The translations under genes and the position numbers were made by a program. Source: an uncultured Pseudomonadota bacterium (GTDB lineage: Bacteria; Vulcanimicrobiota; Vulcanimicrobiia; Eremiobacterales; Eremiobacteraceae). Taken from it: a stretch of 64,000 nucleotides of DNA. Shown here piece after piece: positions 30,301 through 40,946 of this stretch. How positions within the stretch are numbered: position 1 is the first letter of the stretch; each line of letters begins with the position of its first letter. The DNA lies in NCBI GenBank assembly GCA_963736005.1, contig CAVTNB010000001.1, positions 32,001 through 96,000 of the forward strand, in the 5' to 3' direction. The notes beneath the pieces were generated by a model. It was not told where the DNA came from. It saw only the letters and a list, made by a program, of their open reading frames with translations, and did no database searches.

Positions 30301-30974
30301 TAGACCTGGAGCTCCTGCTGGCCAAGCGTGTTGGCCGTGGTAGTCGGATAGTTGTCATACGAACGCAGCACAGGAACACCATCAAACTCGTAGCCGACTT
30401 GGTCGTAGTCTCCGCCTCGGATGTGGATGGTTTGGAACCATCCGTTCTGACCCGGAGAGACCGAGACGCCGGGCGTAGCCGCCAGCGCGGAATACGCTTG
30501 GTTGAGGCTTCCGCCGCCACCGAGCGAGGCGATTTTGGCTGAGGTCGCCGAGTTCACCGAGTACACGTCGGCGGTCGTGCCAGGCTTGACGAGCTCGCCC
30601 GCGGCCCGGGTGGTCACCACGCCAAGAGTCTTCACACTCGTTTGCATCGTGATGGTGACCGTTCGGGTGTTGTCCGCGAGGACCGTGATCCCAGCCTGGC
30701 TGACGGATTCGTAGCCATCTTTGGTCGCGGTTAACGTGTATGTGTCTGGGACTAGCGAGACAAACGCGAAGTGACCGCGTGCATCCGTGTCTGACGTAGC
30801 AGTTTGTGAGGTCGCGGAAGCGGTGACTTTGGCGCCCGCGACTGGCGCGCCTGATTGAACGACCACATAGCCGGTCAGCGCACCGGTCGTTCCTGCGAGT
30901 GTCCCTGTTGCCTGCGCAGAAATGACCAGCAGCGCGATGAGCGCCATGCGGAGGATCATTCTGTTCATTGACAT
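27318..30974 (-). CDS. TonB-dependent receptor, paralog of 9814-13272; two frameshifts (about 29615 and 29468)
   Basis: Shared motifs IRGGDYDQVGYEFDGVPV, LKLQYQHN and SFKLTPYYR are spread over three ORFs. Confidence 0.85.
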
Positions 30975-31139
30975 CCTCCTTAGGAAGTTTCATTGTGAGA
31001 AGAACCCAGTCAGCCGCCAGGGTTTCGTCCTCGCTGGTGATTGGGTCTCACTTGTAAGGGTAGCAAAAGATAGGAGACTGGTCGCGCACGTTCGGCTGTA
31101 AACGAGGATAGGATGACGATTGCGGCTATCGGTGTATAC

Positions 31140-31171
31140 AAAAAAACCGACCTGAGCTTTCTGCCCAGGTC
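31140..31171 (-). terminator. Rho-independent terminator downstream of araC-like gene
   Basis: Minus strand GACCTGGGC-AGAAA-GCTCAGGTC-GG-TTTTTTT. Confidence 0.65.
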
Positions 31172-31201
31172 AGCGTGGTGTCAAGCCTATCAAGTACTGG
31201 A

Positions 31202-32038
31202 TTAGCTCGCGTTTCTCTTCACTTCCGCCGGTGTCAAGCCAATAACGCGCCGCATGCAACGCGCCATATGACTTTGATCTGCGAATCCCGATTTTAACGC
31301 TACTTCGCTAGTCTTTACTCCGCGGTTCGAAAGCAGTTCTACGGCGCGTTCAACGCGACACTTGATGACGTACTTGTGCACGGGCAAACCAATACTCTGC
31401 TTAAACAGCACCCTGAAGTGAGAAGGGCTGATGCCGGTGATCGACGCGATTTGTAAAGCGAAAGATCCTTTACAAGGTGTTCGAGTATATAATCCCTTAC
31501 GCTTTGCAATTGCTTATGCGTCAATCCGCGCTTGACGCCGTTTGACCGTCCTCGTCCGTATCTTCTCAGCAGGTGGACGGCCAACGCCAATCCCAACCCC
31601 TCTGCGTATATTCGATCGTGCGCGTCCTGTTCTTCAAGTTCTGCTTTTATCGCGAGAGCAATATGCTCGATCTTTTCGTCTCGCAACTGCATTTGGGGTG
31701 GCAAAGTAAAACAATCGAAGTTCAAATGCATTTCATCGGCAGCCAACCGCATGAGCGATGGCGTCAAGCTGATTCCTACGTATCGGGTCGGCCCGTCATC
31801 TTCCCAAGCGGGAAGGAACTCAGCCATAGGCACGATGTGTATGTCGCCTGAAACTTGAAGCCGGCGATGGGTCAGGCCATCATGAGACCAGGTGGTCATT
31901 ACAGGTGCACCGATGTGCATTCCCACGTTGTACCGTGGCGCCGCGGAGTGTTGTATCGGCCGCCGCCGTATCGATTAAGTCAGCGTCGAGACCAGACCAA
32001 CCTCTACCTCGGCTTGAGGCTCGGAGCAAGTAGTGCAT
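31202..32038 (-). pseudogene. AraC-family transcriptional regulator, two frameshifts
   Basis: SSRGRGWSGL, GDIHIVP, YAEGLGLALAVHLLRRY, FKQSIG...GFADQSH in three frames. The start could be 32119. Confidence 0.8.
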
Positions 32039-32538
32039 GTTGGCCCCGCCGTCCTTAGCCGTCACCGTATTCTGTGCTCCTGCCGTGCTTTGGTTTCCAT
32101 TCGTAATTTTCTCTTGCATTTGATTGAGCTCGGCCGTTTTGCTTGTTAGAGTAAATAGTACTTGCTTTACGCAACTATATCCCGCTTTTTCTCATGCAAT
32201 CGCCAACTCGCAACAGAACGTTGGTCGATTTGTACTCTGATTCGTCCAAAAGTACATGCTTCATGCCGGGTGCCTGACGCTATTAGATGCGTTAGGGCGG
32301 CCCATCCGAACATCTTTTTACGCCAACGATGAATACGCGTATCATTGGCAAGGTGTGAGCGAGCCTGTGGGTTATCATCGTTTGGGAACCAGTAAGACGA
32401 AGATGCAGTCGGCGATTTGGGCAAATCCGCACCCCAAATTCGGCCATCCACCTTGCTGAAGGAGTCGTGAACGAGAGTAACAGAACCCGCGGTTCGTGCG
32501 TTGGGATACGACGGAAGAGATCTGTGGAGGTTCTAGAG

Positions 32539-33234
32539 ATGATCCTGGTTCGCGTTTGCGTCCTCTTGGCCGGCGTTTTTGCGCTTGCGGCGACTGCCGG
32601 AAACGATACGATGGCCCCGCTTTCCCAGTATCTGATGAGCCCTCAGGCCGAGATCGCGCTCGCGCGCAGCGCAGCGCCGGCGGTGATTTCGAAGCGTGCG
32701 ACGATCATGGTTCTCGGGGCGCGCGGCTATGCCGTCGCGCAGAAGGGCCAGAACGGCTTCACGTGCATCGTCGAGCGGGGCTGGATGCAACCGTTCGGCG
32801 CCCCAAACTTCTGGAGCGTTAAGATGCGCGCCCCCATCTGCTACAACGCGGCGGCGGCGCGTACCGTGCTTGTTTACACCTTCAAACGAACGGAAATGGC
32901 CCTGGCGGGAGCGAGCAAATCGCAGATCCAGGACCGCATCGTAGCGGCGATCGCCGCCAACGCGTTGCCGACGCCGGCGCCCAGCTCGATGGCGTACATG
33001 ATGTCGAAGTCGCAGTACTTGAACGACGACGCCAAAGCGTGGTATCCGCACGTGATGATTTTCACGCCTATGGATGACAGCGCGAATGCGGGAGCGAGCT
33101 GGGGCGCCGATCGCCGCCTCTCGCCCGTCGTCTTTGACGCGCAGGACAAGATGCCGGAGCCGTGGACGTGCTTCTTCATTCCCGTCGCGCACTGGTCCGA
33201 TGGGACGCCCGCGCCACTATATTCGGGAACGTAG
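32539..33234 (+). CDS. Secreted conserved hypothetical protein
   Basis: GGAGG RBS, signal peptide, ALARSAAP...GFTCIVER...PICYN...WYPHVM. Confidence 0.75.
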   Translation: MILVRVCVLLAGVFALAATAGNDTMAPLSQYLMSPQAEIALARSAAPAVISKRATIMVLGARGYAVAQKGQNGFTCIVERGWMQPFGAPNFWSVKMRAPICYNAAAARTVLVYTFKRTEMALAGASKSQIQDRIVAAIAANALPTPAPSSMAYMMSKSQYLNDDAKAWYPHVMIFTPMDDSANAGASWGADRRLSPVVFDAQDKMPEPWTCFFIPVAHWSDGTPAPLYSGT

Positions 33235-33605
33235 TGACGCTCAGCAGTGGGGATTTCGGCGGGTCCTTTTCCTCGCTGAACTTTGTATGCGTTGGCCAGA
33301 GCATTTTGTTGTAGGATTAGTAAGAAGTCGATAACGCGGAGCGTGACCTGCCGCTTTCACTGAAGCACTTCAACTATGACTCCGTTGGCGAAGACCTCGT
33401 GCGCCCTGGTTTTTGAGAGCCTGCTTGCCGTGCAAGCGCTCCTGATTGCGGCGAGCAGATCCTGCTGACGTGACACATTTCGATCGGGGCTTTCACGGAG
33501 AGTTCCGTTGGGCGCTTGCTTTTTGCACCATTGTGCATAAGAATGGACGCAAATACATATAAGGAAGAACGAAGTGTTACGGCAAACCCTTACTAGACAA
33601 GACGT

Positions 33606-33683
33606 GGCGCTGTAGCTCAGTTGGTTTAGAGCGCCTGCCTGTCACGCAGGAGGTCGTGGGTTCGAGCCCCATCAGCGTCGCCA
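33606..33683 (+). tRNA. tRNA-Asp (GTC)
   Basis: Full cloverleaf: TAGCTCAGTTGG D-arm, CCTGC-CTGTCAC-GCAGG anticodon arm, GGTTCGAGCC T-arm, encoded CCA. Confidence 0.97.
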
Positions 33684-33685
33684 TT

Positions 33686-33714
33686 AAGCCCGTGAAATAA
33701 GACTTCACGGGCTT
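33686..33714 (+). terminator. Hairpin following the tRNA
   Basis: AAGCCCGTGAA-ATAAGAC-TTCACGGGCTT. Confidence 0.6.
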
Positions 33715-34506
33715 TACCTTCTCGACACATTTGCGTGGTGTAGCATAACAGACGGACATCCGCGGACGGAAGCCAATAGGGCGCGCATGTAGTGGTCGTG
33801 CTGACCAGGGCAGGCGATTCCAATCTTGTCAAAATCGTGGATAACCATGGGTTAAGCTGGGTACCATGAGCCCGAGGCCTCCAGGGAAACCTATGTCTTG
33901 GGGCCTCAACAGTGAGGTGAGCCGCCGGGCTCTTAGTTCCTCAAAACCAACAGGTTCAGGGTGGCAGCGTCTACGGCGAGATTAATCATGCAACTTCAAG
34001 TCGTCGAATTTACGGCGTATAGATCCTTACGCAGTCGCTGGCGATGGTGGTATCGGCCATGAGTTCTGAACTCGCATCCGACGAACGCCCGAAAGACCAG
34101 AAAGGTCCGAATCCGATGTAGCTTTGGGTAGGTCGATCGAATGATTATTGGAGTGAAGAACAACTTCAGAGTAGGGCAAGCGTCAGTGTCGTCAGGCCTG
34201 TCAGATCTTCCTATCGGGCTTGCTAAGTCTGACGGCTCTGACAGGTCTGACGGGCAGCAGAAGGTCGCAGGATAATTTTGCGCCGCCAGTTTCGGGTGAG
34301 GGCGTTCAAGGCCGGCGTCCGAGCTGACGATGCCAGTGCAAAGCAAAACTCCTGGTGCTTGGCGTCGGCCGGGAGGACGGGTGGGATAGCGCCTGTGACT
34401 TGCTGTGCGATGCGTCGCAGGAGTGCCGGTACTTAGCCGCGTGTGTACATAGCCACGTCAATGGTGCATTACGGCGGGAAGGTTCGCCGTTCCACCTGGT
34501 TGAAAT

Positions 34507-34524
34507 TGTCAACCATGGTTAACA
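34507..34524. promoter_or_regulatory. Candidate MntR/DtxR-family operator
   Basis: TGTCAACCATGGTTAACA, an 18-bp palindrome with 1 mismatch, touching the regulator start codon. Confidence 0.5.
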
Positions 34525-35204
34525 TGGCTAGCGATCGTTCCCCCGAACGCGCTCGCGAGGATTACGTCAAGGCGATTTATCAGTTGAGCGAGCGGAGTTC
34601 GGTACGCAGCGTGGAGCTGGCGCGTCACCTGGGAGTAACGCGCGCGTCGGTCAGCAAGTTTAAGCGGATGCTGGAGCGCGAGCATCTGCTCGAGCCGTCA
34701 AGCGGTCGGACGGGCCCGCTGGTTTTGACGAGGAAGGGGCGACAACTGGCGGTGCGGATGGTCCGGCGGCACCGCTTGGTTGAAACGTTCTTGCACACTA
34801 CCCTGCATGTGCCGCTCGAACGCGTGCATTCGGAGGCGGAGCGCATCGAACACGCGATTTCCGATGATGTGTCGGGGCGTTTGGCGCGCTTTTTACACAA
34901 CCCGGTCTCCGATCCACATGGCCACAGAATCCCCGGCGGCTCCGCGCATCCCCGCGGAGACGAGAGAATCCTCGCCTCCCTCGAGGCAACGCAGAAGGTC
35001 GTCGTCAGTAGCGTTGGAGACCGCGACGAAAACATTGTCCGTCGCCTCGCGGCCCTCGGCGTCCTCCCCGGCCTTTACGGCGAGATCGTAGGGAAAGACT
35101 CCGTTGGTGTGCACCTCAGGTGCAAGAAACGAGTGATCACGTTGCCGCTCGAAACGGCAGCCGACGTGCGATGTCGCCTGCTGTCGCGACGGAAGGCCGC
35201 GTAA
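34524..35204 (+). CDS. mntR: DtxR/MntR-family metal-dependent repressor with FeoA-like domain
   Basis: EDYVKAIY, RRHRLVETFL, EAERIEHAIS, DPHGHRIP motifs. Confidence 0.9.
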   Translation: MASDRSPERAREDYVKAIYQLSERSSVRSVELARHLGVTRASVSKFKRMLEREHLLEPSSGRTGPLVLTRKGRQLAVRMVRRHRLVETFLHTTLHVPLERVHSEAERIEHAISDDVSGRLARFLHNPVSDPHGHRIPGGSAHPRGDERILASLEATQKVVVSSVGDRDENIVRRLAALGVLPGLYGEIVGKDSVGVHLRCKKRVITLPLETAADVRCRLLSRRKAA

Positions 35205-35206
35205 AC

Positions 35207-36535
35207 ATGCCGGCGCTGGGCGTAGATGCCATCCTTGACCCGAGTTCGTCCAGCGAGCGTACGAGGCGCGCGGCTCGCCAAGTGCTCGAAGGGCGGCGAA
35301 AAGGCTGGAGCGCGTTGCTTCCCTTTGCGGGGCCCGCTTTCATCGCCTCGATCGCGTACATGGATCCCGGCAACTTCGCGACCAACGTGCAAGGCGGGTC
35401 GTTATTCGGTTATAATCTGCTCTGGGTGGTGGTGTTCGCCAACCTCACCGCGATGCTGTTCCAAGCAATGTCGGCCAAGCTCGGTATTGTCACCGGCAAG
35501 AACCTGCCGGAGGTGTGCCGCGACAGCTTTTCGAGGCCGGTTTCACTGAGTATGTGGGCAGTCAGCGAAATCGCCGCCATGGCCACCGACCTAGCGGAAT
35601 TCTTAGGAGCGACCATTGGCCTCGCATTGCTCTTCAATTTACCCTTGCTTGTGGGCGCGATCATTACTGGAATCGTTACGTACGCAATCTTGATCATGCA
35701 GAATCGAGGCTTTCGCAAGATTGAGGTGCTGATTATCGCGTTTGTCGGCGTTATTTTGCTTTGCTACGTCGTCGAGACCATTTTGGCTCGCCCGAATTGG
35801 GGATTGATCGCCTACCATTCGCTTGTGCCTTGGCTCGGAGGCCCGGACTCAATCATCTTGGCTGTCGGAATCATTGGCGCAACCGTGATGCCTCACGCGA
35901 TTTATCTTCATTCCAGCCTGACTCAGGATCGCATCGTCCCGCGAAGCAGAGTTGAGGCCAAAACGGTCGTGCGGTTTTCGAACATCGACGTTCTCATCGC
36001 GCTTGGGATTGCCGGCGTCATCAATATGGCGATGATGTACATGTCGGCAGCAGTGTTTCATTTTGGCGGTCACCCGGAAGTAGCCAGCATTCAGTCCGCA
36101 TATAAGACCTTAGTGCCCCTGTTGGGCTCGGCAGCCGCCGCCATCTTTTTGCTCTCCCTTATGGCGTCGGGCATATCCAGTTCGGTCGTGGGAACCATGG
36201 CAGGCCAGGTGATCATGCAGGGATTCGTGGGATTTTCCATCCCGCTATGGTTGCGGCGTGTCGTCACCATGATTCCGACGGTCGTGGTTATCGGTCTTGG
36301 GGTTAACACGACGCAGGCGCTGGTCATCAGTCAAGTGGTGCTCAGTCTAGTACTGCCGTTGCCGGTCATCGTTTTGCTAGTCTTCACCGGCAAGCGCTCG
36401 ATCATGGGCGACCTGGTCAACAAACCGCTTGCGAAGTTTCTTGGAATTGCTGCAGCAACGGTCGTAATCGGGCTGAATTTCGTGCTCCTGTGGCAAACCA
36501 TCGGTTTGCCGATGCCCAAATTCCTAGGCGGTTGA
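35207..36535 (+). CDS. mntH: Nramp Mn2+/Fe2+ transporter
   Basis: AYMDPGN and GATVMPHAIYLHS signatures. Confidence 0.95.
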   Translation: MPALGVDAILDPSSSSERTRRAARQVLEGRRKGWSALLPFAGPAFIASIAYMDPGNFATNVQGGSLFGYNLLWVVVFANLTAMLFQAMSAKLGIVTGKNLPEVCRDSFSRPVSLSMWAVSEIAAMATDLAEFLGATIGLALLFNLPLLVGAIITGIVTYAILIMQNRGFRKIEVLIIAFVGVILLCYVVETILARPNWGLIAYHSLVPWLGGPDSIILAVGIIGATVMPHAIYLHSSLTQDRIVPRSRVEAKTVVRFSNIDVLIALGIAGVINMAMMYMSAAVFHFGGHPEVASIQSAYKTLVPLLGSAAAAIFLLSLMASGISSSVVGTMAGQVIMQGFVGFSIPLWLRRVVTMIPTVVVIGLGVNTTQALVISQVVLSLVLPLPVIVLLVFTGKRSIMGDLVNKPLAKFLGIAAATVVIGLNFVLLWQTIGLPMPKFLGG

Positions 36536-36558
36536 TGGGGCGCATCCTCTCGAACCTG

Positions 36559-36815
36559 CCTATTGCTAGGTAGGCAACTCGACTGGAGATCAGCAGATGC
36601 TCGAGTATGCACAGTCCGGTGGCGGGGCTCGCTTGATGATGCTGGTGCTGCACGACGACACCAAACGCGAGTATGCGTATGGCCCCGCCACCGGACTACC
36701 GGACACGAAAGTCGGGACCTTCACGCAGGCGCTGTACGACGAGGCGAAAGCTCGAAGCTGGTCGGTCATTAGCATGAAGAGCGACTGGAAACGTCTTTTT
36801 GCCTTCGAACCTTAA
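36559..36815 (+). pseudogene. 3' fragment of a HAD-family hydrolase
   Basis: GNSTGDQQMLEY...HDDTKREYAY...WSVISMKSDWK with no N-terminal part. Confidence 0.65.
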
Positions 36816-36848
36816 GCCCGAATCTTGAGTCAACGATCAAGCCAACCG

Positions 36849-36870
36849 GTGTAGCATAAGTGTAGCATAA
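36849..36870 (+). repeat. Tandem 11-bp GTGTAGCATAA repeat (arm-type site candidate)
   Basis: Two exact tandem copies; the motif also occurs at 33738, 44921/44932, 45073 and 45759/45770. Confidence 0.75.
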
Positions 36871-36985
36871 GGAGCGGATATCCACAGACTTCTACGGACG
36901 TTGGCAGAACGGACACCCCTCCTCAGAACACCGTAAGACGGACGCTTGCAGACGTCCACGGACAACTGTGAAATCAATCTGAACA

Positions 36986-37033
36986 TGCCTGTCACGCAGG
37001 AGGTCGTGGGTTCGAGCCCCATCAGCGTCGCCA
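36986..37033 (+). repeat. att-like duplicate 1 of the tRNA-Asp 3' part
   Basis: TGCCTGTCACGCAGG...CAGCGTCGCCA identical to 33636-33683. Confidence 0.92.
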
Positions 37034-37508
37034 GTAAAAATGCCGTCAAATAAAGATTTGGCGGCATTTTTGTTAAGAGAGGCGTTACGCAGTGCGAGAC
37101 AACTTCCCCTAAAATACACCGAATGTCGTCAGCGAGACCGTACTTTAACCGTACAACCAGAGCAAACATCAGTTTAGGGCGAAGTAAACAGCCAGTCGTA
37201 GATAACGATCTACTTCGCGACTTTCGTGGCACGGCTACTTGTCGAAGTGTAAATTGGCAGACGTGCTTTTTGGAGCTTGCAAATTATCATGGATGATCTC
37301 GGCTTTTACGACCCACCAACTCCACAGTTCTGTCGGCGCTGTGGCAAGTTGCTAGCTGCTGATAACGACGCCGATGGCTGGTGCTTCGCGTGTGCCAGCG
37401 AAATGGCGACGAACAAGAAGAGCATAAGACCCCGACGAACCGAAAAGTAAACTGTAACTACACTGTAAACTCGACGCAGATACCGATGAACACTAGGCGA
37501 TCTGACTG

Positions 37509-37766
37509 TTAAGCCAATATGGTGCGTCGACGACGACTTCCACTCTCCAAACATTGTGAAGAATGCCTCTCCAGAAGACCACGTACTACGTGCACCTCTA
37601 GACGGTCCACCGGTGGTATATCTAGTGTGACAAACGTACCGTCACTACTTGTCTCGATATCACACTGGCTAAACGTTTCACGAAACAAAGACAACAGCTC
37701 TTTAGCAACGTTCTGCTTTCCATTCTCTATGTATAGCTTGAATGTTGAGTAGCCATCGCGCTCCAT
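37509..37766 (-). pseudogene. Possible DUF4265-like C-terminal fragment
   Basis: GYSTFKL...CDIE...VTLDIPP resemblance only. Confidence 0.3.
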
Positions 37767-37808
37767 GAATACGAATTCGACATGCGCAAGGGGGCACTTG
37801 TTGCTAAA

Positions 37809-38102
37809 TTAGATTTTCAGACCGTCGACAAAAACTACCCAATCAGTCTTGGCAGAGACAGCCCGAATCTTGCGGGGAAGTCTATACTCTTCCGACTCGA
37901 AGAACTGTTTCGCTGCATCGAGGGATGGAAACTCAACAATTGCCAATTGCGTGGGCGCGCCTTCCCCCTCGACAATTGTGACCGGCCCGAATGCAAGATA
38001 GCTTCCCCCGTACTGTTTGAGGACATTCTGTACAAGCTTCAAGTAGCGTTCGGGTCCGTGCGCTTCTTCCCACCTGATTTGAGCCACTGTGTACGCGGCC
38101 AT
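37809..38102 (-). CDS. DUF1330 family protein
   Basis: QYGGSYLA...VEG...IVEFPSLDAAKQFFESEEY; AGGAGG RBS. Confidence 0.85.
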   Translation of the reverse strand: MAAYTVAQIRWEEAHGPERYLKLVQNVLKQYGGSYLAFGPVTIVEGEGAPTQLAIVEFPSLDAAKQFFESEEYRLPRKIRAVSAKTDWVVFVDGLKI

Positions 38103-38238
38103 GCGTTTAGACCTCCTTGACGATTAGCTCGTGCCTTAGTGTTATTCTACCCAGGTGACATGCCTTTATGGACCAGTGGTTTCACTAGTTGTAACACAAA
38201 TGAACTCACGGGAGGCGCATTCGGAATTGTAGGTATTT

Positions 38239-38463
38239 ATGAAAGATGATGAGGTAAAGAATTTCGCTGATAAGGTCCGGACAAGTAAGGTCTATTTGAA
38301 AAGCGGCGGCATGCTAGATGGACACCTGTCGACGGCAGGCGATGGGATTTATAACGTCACTCAAACACCCAGCAAGTCAGGGGTCATTGAGGGCGGACTA
38401 TTCGGACCCCGGGGCTTGAAGGCGCGGCGTAATCTGGACCGCGCTGCGCCGGACTCCCATTGA
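38239..38463 (+). CDS. Small hypothetical protein (may be a remnant)
   Basis: ORF with AGGT RBS-like sequence; no family recognised. Confidence 0.35.
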   Translation: MKDDEVKNFADKVRTSKVYLKSGGMLDGHLSTAGDGIYNVTQTPSKSGVIEGGLFGPRGLKARRNLDRAAPDSH

Positions 38464-38619
38464 AGGGCTTGAGGCACTCAATCGTGCCTTGTGGTCCATG
38501 GTCATTTCGATACCCAGGTTTCTTCTTCGAGTATACCGTGTTGACGCATGATCGAGAGTGGTAAGCTAAGAGGGCGATTGCATCGGTGATGCTCGCTCAC
38601 AAAAGTGAAGGAGACTGAA

Positions 38620-39129
38620 ATGCGCGTTCGTTATTTCGTCATTACCCTTTCACTCACAGCGTTGATGCTCTGTTTTGCCTCGTTACCGGCTAAGGCCGAA
38701 GGGCCGATTAAAGTTCTTAACTGCGATCCCGAGGTATCTGCGACCGCACTCCCAGGCTATGTTTCCGGTTATTTTCCCGGGTCTCCGTACTTCTGGTGGG
38801 ACGTGTACGGCGACCGTTTTGTCCAGCCCGCCTTTGTGGCAGCCAAACCAACGCTTAACATTGACTACATGAACCTTGGCCCGATAGCCGCACATGTCGT
38901 CGAGTTCGGTTTAGTTGCACGCGGAGATTTGGTTGCAGAAGTCCGCGATGTAGGCACGTTCTCACCGAACGTGGAGATTAAGCACTCGTTCGGCCTCGAT
39001 CCAAACGTGTTTCCATTGGGCAGCGGATTGCCGATATGTGCGCCGCTGCGGGTCGTATTTGTCGATCACACGGTCTGGATCAACCCGAATCTACCAAGGT
39101 TGGCGAGCACGCTCTTCCCACACGACTGA
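38620..39129 (+). CDS. Secreted hypothetical protein
   Basis: AAGGAG RBS, signal peptide, VEFGLVARGDLVAEVRDVGTFSP, two Cys. Confidence 0.75.
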   Translation: MRVRYFVITLSLTALMLCFASLPAKAEGPIKVLNCDPEVSATALPGYVSGYFPGSPYFWWDVYGDRFVQPAFVAAKPTLNIDYMNLGPIAAHVVEFGLVARGDLVAEVRDVGTFSPNVEIKHSFGLDPNVFPLGSGLPICAPLRVVFVDHTVWINPNLPRLASTLFPHD

Positions 39130-39137
39130 CTTCGCTC

Positions 39138-39174
39138 ATGAGCAAGGGCGAGTAAACAACTCGACCTTGCTCAT
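39138..39174 (+). terminator. Long hairpin after the secreted protein gene
   Basis: ATGAGCAAGG-G-CGAGT-AAACA-ACTCG-A-CCTTGCTCAT. Confidence 0.5.
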
Positions 39175-39416
39175 TCCACTGGATTTGGACATTGTTTCGA
39201 AAAGTTTAGCGATCTAGCCTGACGACATTGAGGTGTTCCGCATTTCCAGGATCAACGGACTAGTAGACTATTGAGCGTTAGCACGACGGTACCGGGCGGG
39301 GTTACAACCACCAAGGCAATCGAAACTCAGTATTAGCGTTGTGTCTCTTCATTATATACGCGGTGCCATTCCAGGCGCGCTGCAATCACGTTTTAGCCCC
39401 AGTCAAAACGACTTCA

Positions 39417-40636
39417 TCACGCTCTTTTTGTGTTGCGGATCTTCTCACCGATCCGATGGTAGAAAGCAGGTGATGACAGGTAGCCGAAGTGTGCAAGATG
39501 GACCGGTAGATTGCTTTCAAAGCATTCGTCATCAGCTCCGTCGAAAGATCGGGGCCGTCGTATAGCTAAGGATGTCGTGCGGATCCCAAACATTGTACCA
39601 GTGGCCCACGTGCGGGTGCGGCAGCGCGACCTTATGCGGCGCGCGGGTCGCGGGGTCGCTGCGTTTGAATAGCTTCATCTCTTCAAATAGGCCCACTTGA
39701 GAGCCCGCTGACACCCAAAAATCTATCCTATGTTCGAATACTTGGCGCTGTGTGGAATGTAATAGGTGGCGCAATCGTAGACGATCTGCCCGCCCATACT
39801 ATGGCTGAGCACGACGAGCGCTTCCGCCGGCTGCATCCGCGCAGCTTCGACAAGAACATCCAAAAAATCGGTGATGATCGGCCCCGGTGTGTCCGCGTCG
39901 CCGCGTTTCGAGAGATACACGAAAACATCGCCGATGAAGTTCGTTATGATAGCGTCGATAGCTGGGCGCCAACGCAGGAAGACGTTTGTGGTGAAGAAGC
40001 TCAACTGGTCGCTTGCAGATCGCCGCGCTCGCTTGGTCAGGTCAGAAACCGGCAGAAGGCCCGAGGATCGGTGCTGATTGGCGGCAACGCCTCGTCCGGT
40101 GTCCCCGCTGTGCGCGATTGTTGCAAGCAGTTGCCTGGCCTGGGTCGCGATATGATCCAGGAGCGCCGCATCGACCCGAGGCGGGACTCCTTTGGGCATC
40201 GCTTGGCGTACAGCCGAATCCAGGGCTGTCGCCTGGCTGGCATACTCGCCATAAGTCAATCCGATTTGTTTGAGGGCGGCGGACAGCACCGAGCTAAGTT
40301 GATCAGCGGATAAGGACCAAACCATCGGCGTGTCAGCATTCGTGGCTGCGTCTGTGGTTGGCTGCGTCGCCTCAACCTGCTTGAGCAAGTGGATCGCAAG
40401 CGCCGGCAATCGTTGCTGGCTGTTGAGGTCCGCCTCGCTGCGCACGGGACGCTCGCGTGATTCCACGCGAAGTTCACTGCATCTCCGCCCCATTGGGCTG
40501 CAAAGACTTGGACTCGATCAGGATCTTTGGGGTCAGGCGAAAGCGCAGGCGCTACGTAGTGTCGCAAAAAGGAGGTGATCATCGGCAGGTGGCTCCGGTC
40601 GCGAATGGCGACGCCGTGGAGGTACACAATTGGCAC
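39417..40636 (-). pseudogene. Alpha/beta-hydrolase-like gene, several frameshifts
   Basis: IVYLHGV, FIGDVFVYL, SHSMGGQIVYD, WYNVWDPHDILSY and AHFGY lie in different frames. Confidence 0.7.
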
Positions 40637-40946
40637 AATCTCGACGTTTTAGGCCAAGCCAATAGCCACACCCTGCAAAGCAAAGGCCCGCCTTGGAAGA
40701 CACTCTTGGAATTCACGGACGACGACAAGGATAATGCCCGGACAGCAAATGCTTTGGAAACGCAGTAACCAATGTTCTGGCTAACGCGTCATTCCGCGCT
40801 CGAGGCAGCATTTGACTCACAACCTACGCGAACGCAGGAGCAGCCGTGTAGGTAATCCTATTTGCACGAATACCCATGTGAAACAGGTCGACGCTCTCAT
40901 GAAAGTTCACGCCCATTTGGCGCCCTTTCTCATACACATTCCGTGT

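Larger units (their letters stand above)
33684..37033. mobile_element. tRNA-Asp integrated island 1 (decayed; mntR-mntH cargo)
   Basis: Bounded by the tRNA and a 48-bp duplicate of its 3' part; GTGTAGCATAA repeats near both ends. Confidence 0.75.

Noticed and set aside
31022..31032. GAGGACGAAAC on the minus strand resembling a hammerhead ribozyme half
   Set aside because: No CUGANGA core in the required position.
36986..37033. Additional tRNA-Asp genes (also 44969 and 45799)
   Set aside because: They lack the 5' acceptor strand and D-arm; they are att-type duplications.
39285..39310. GCGGGGTTAC resembling the 3' end of a c-di-GMP-I riboswitch
   Set aside because: The 5' GGCAAACC/GNRA-receptor elements are absent and there is no suitably placed downstream gene.
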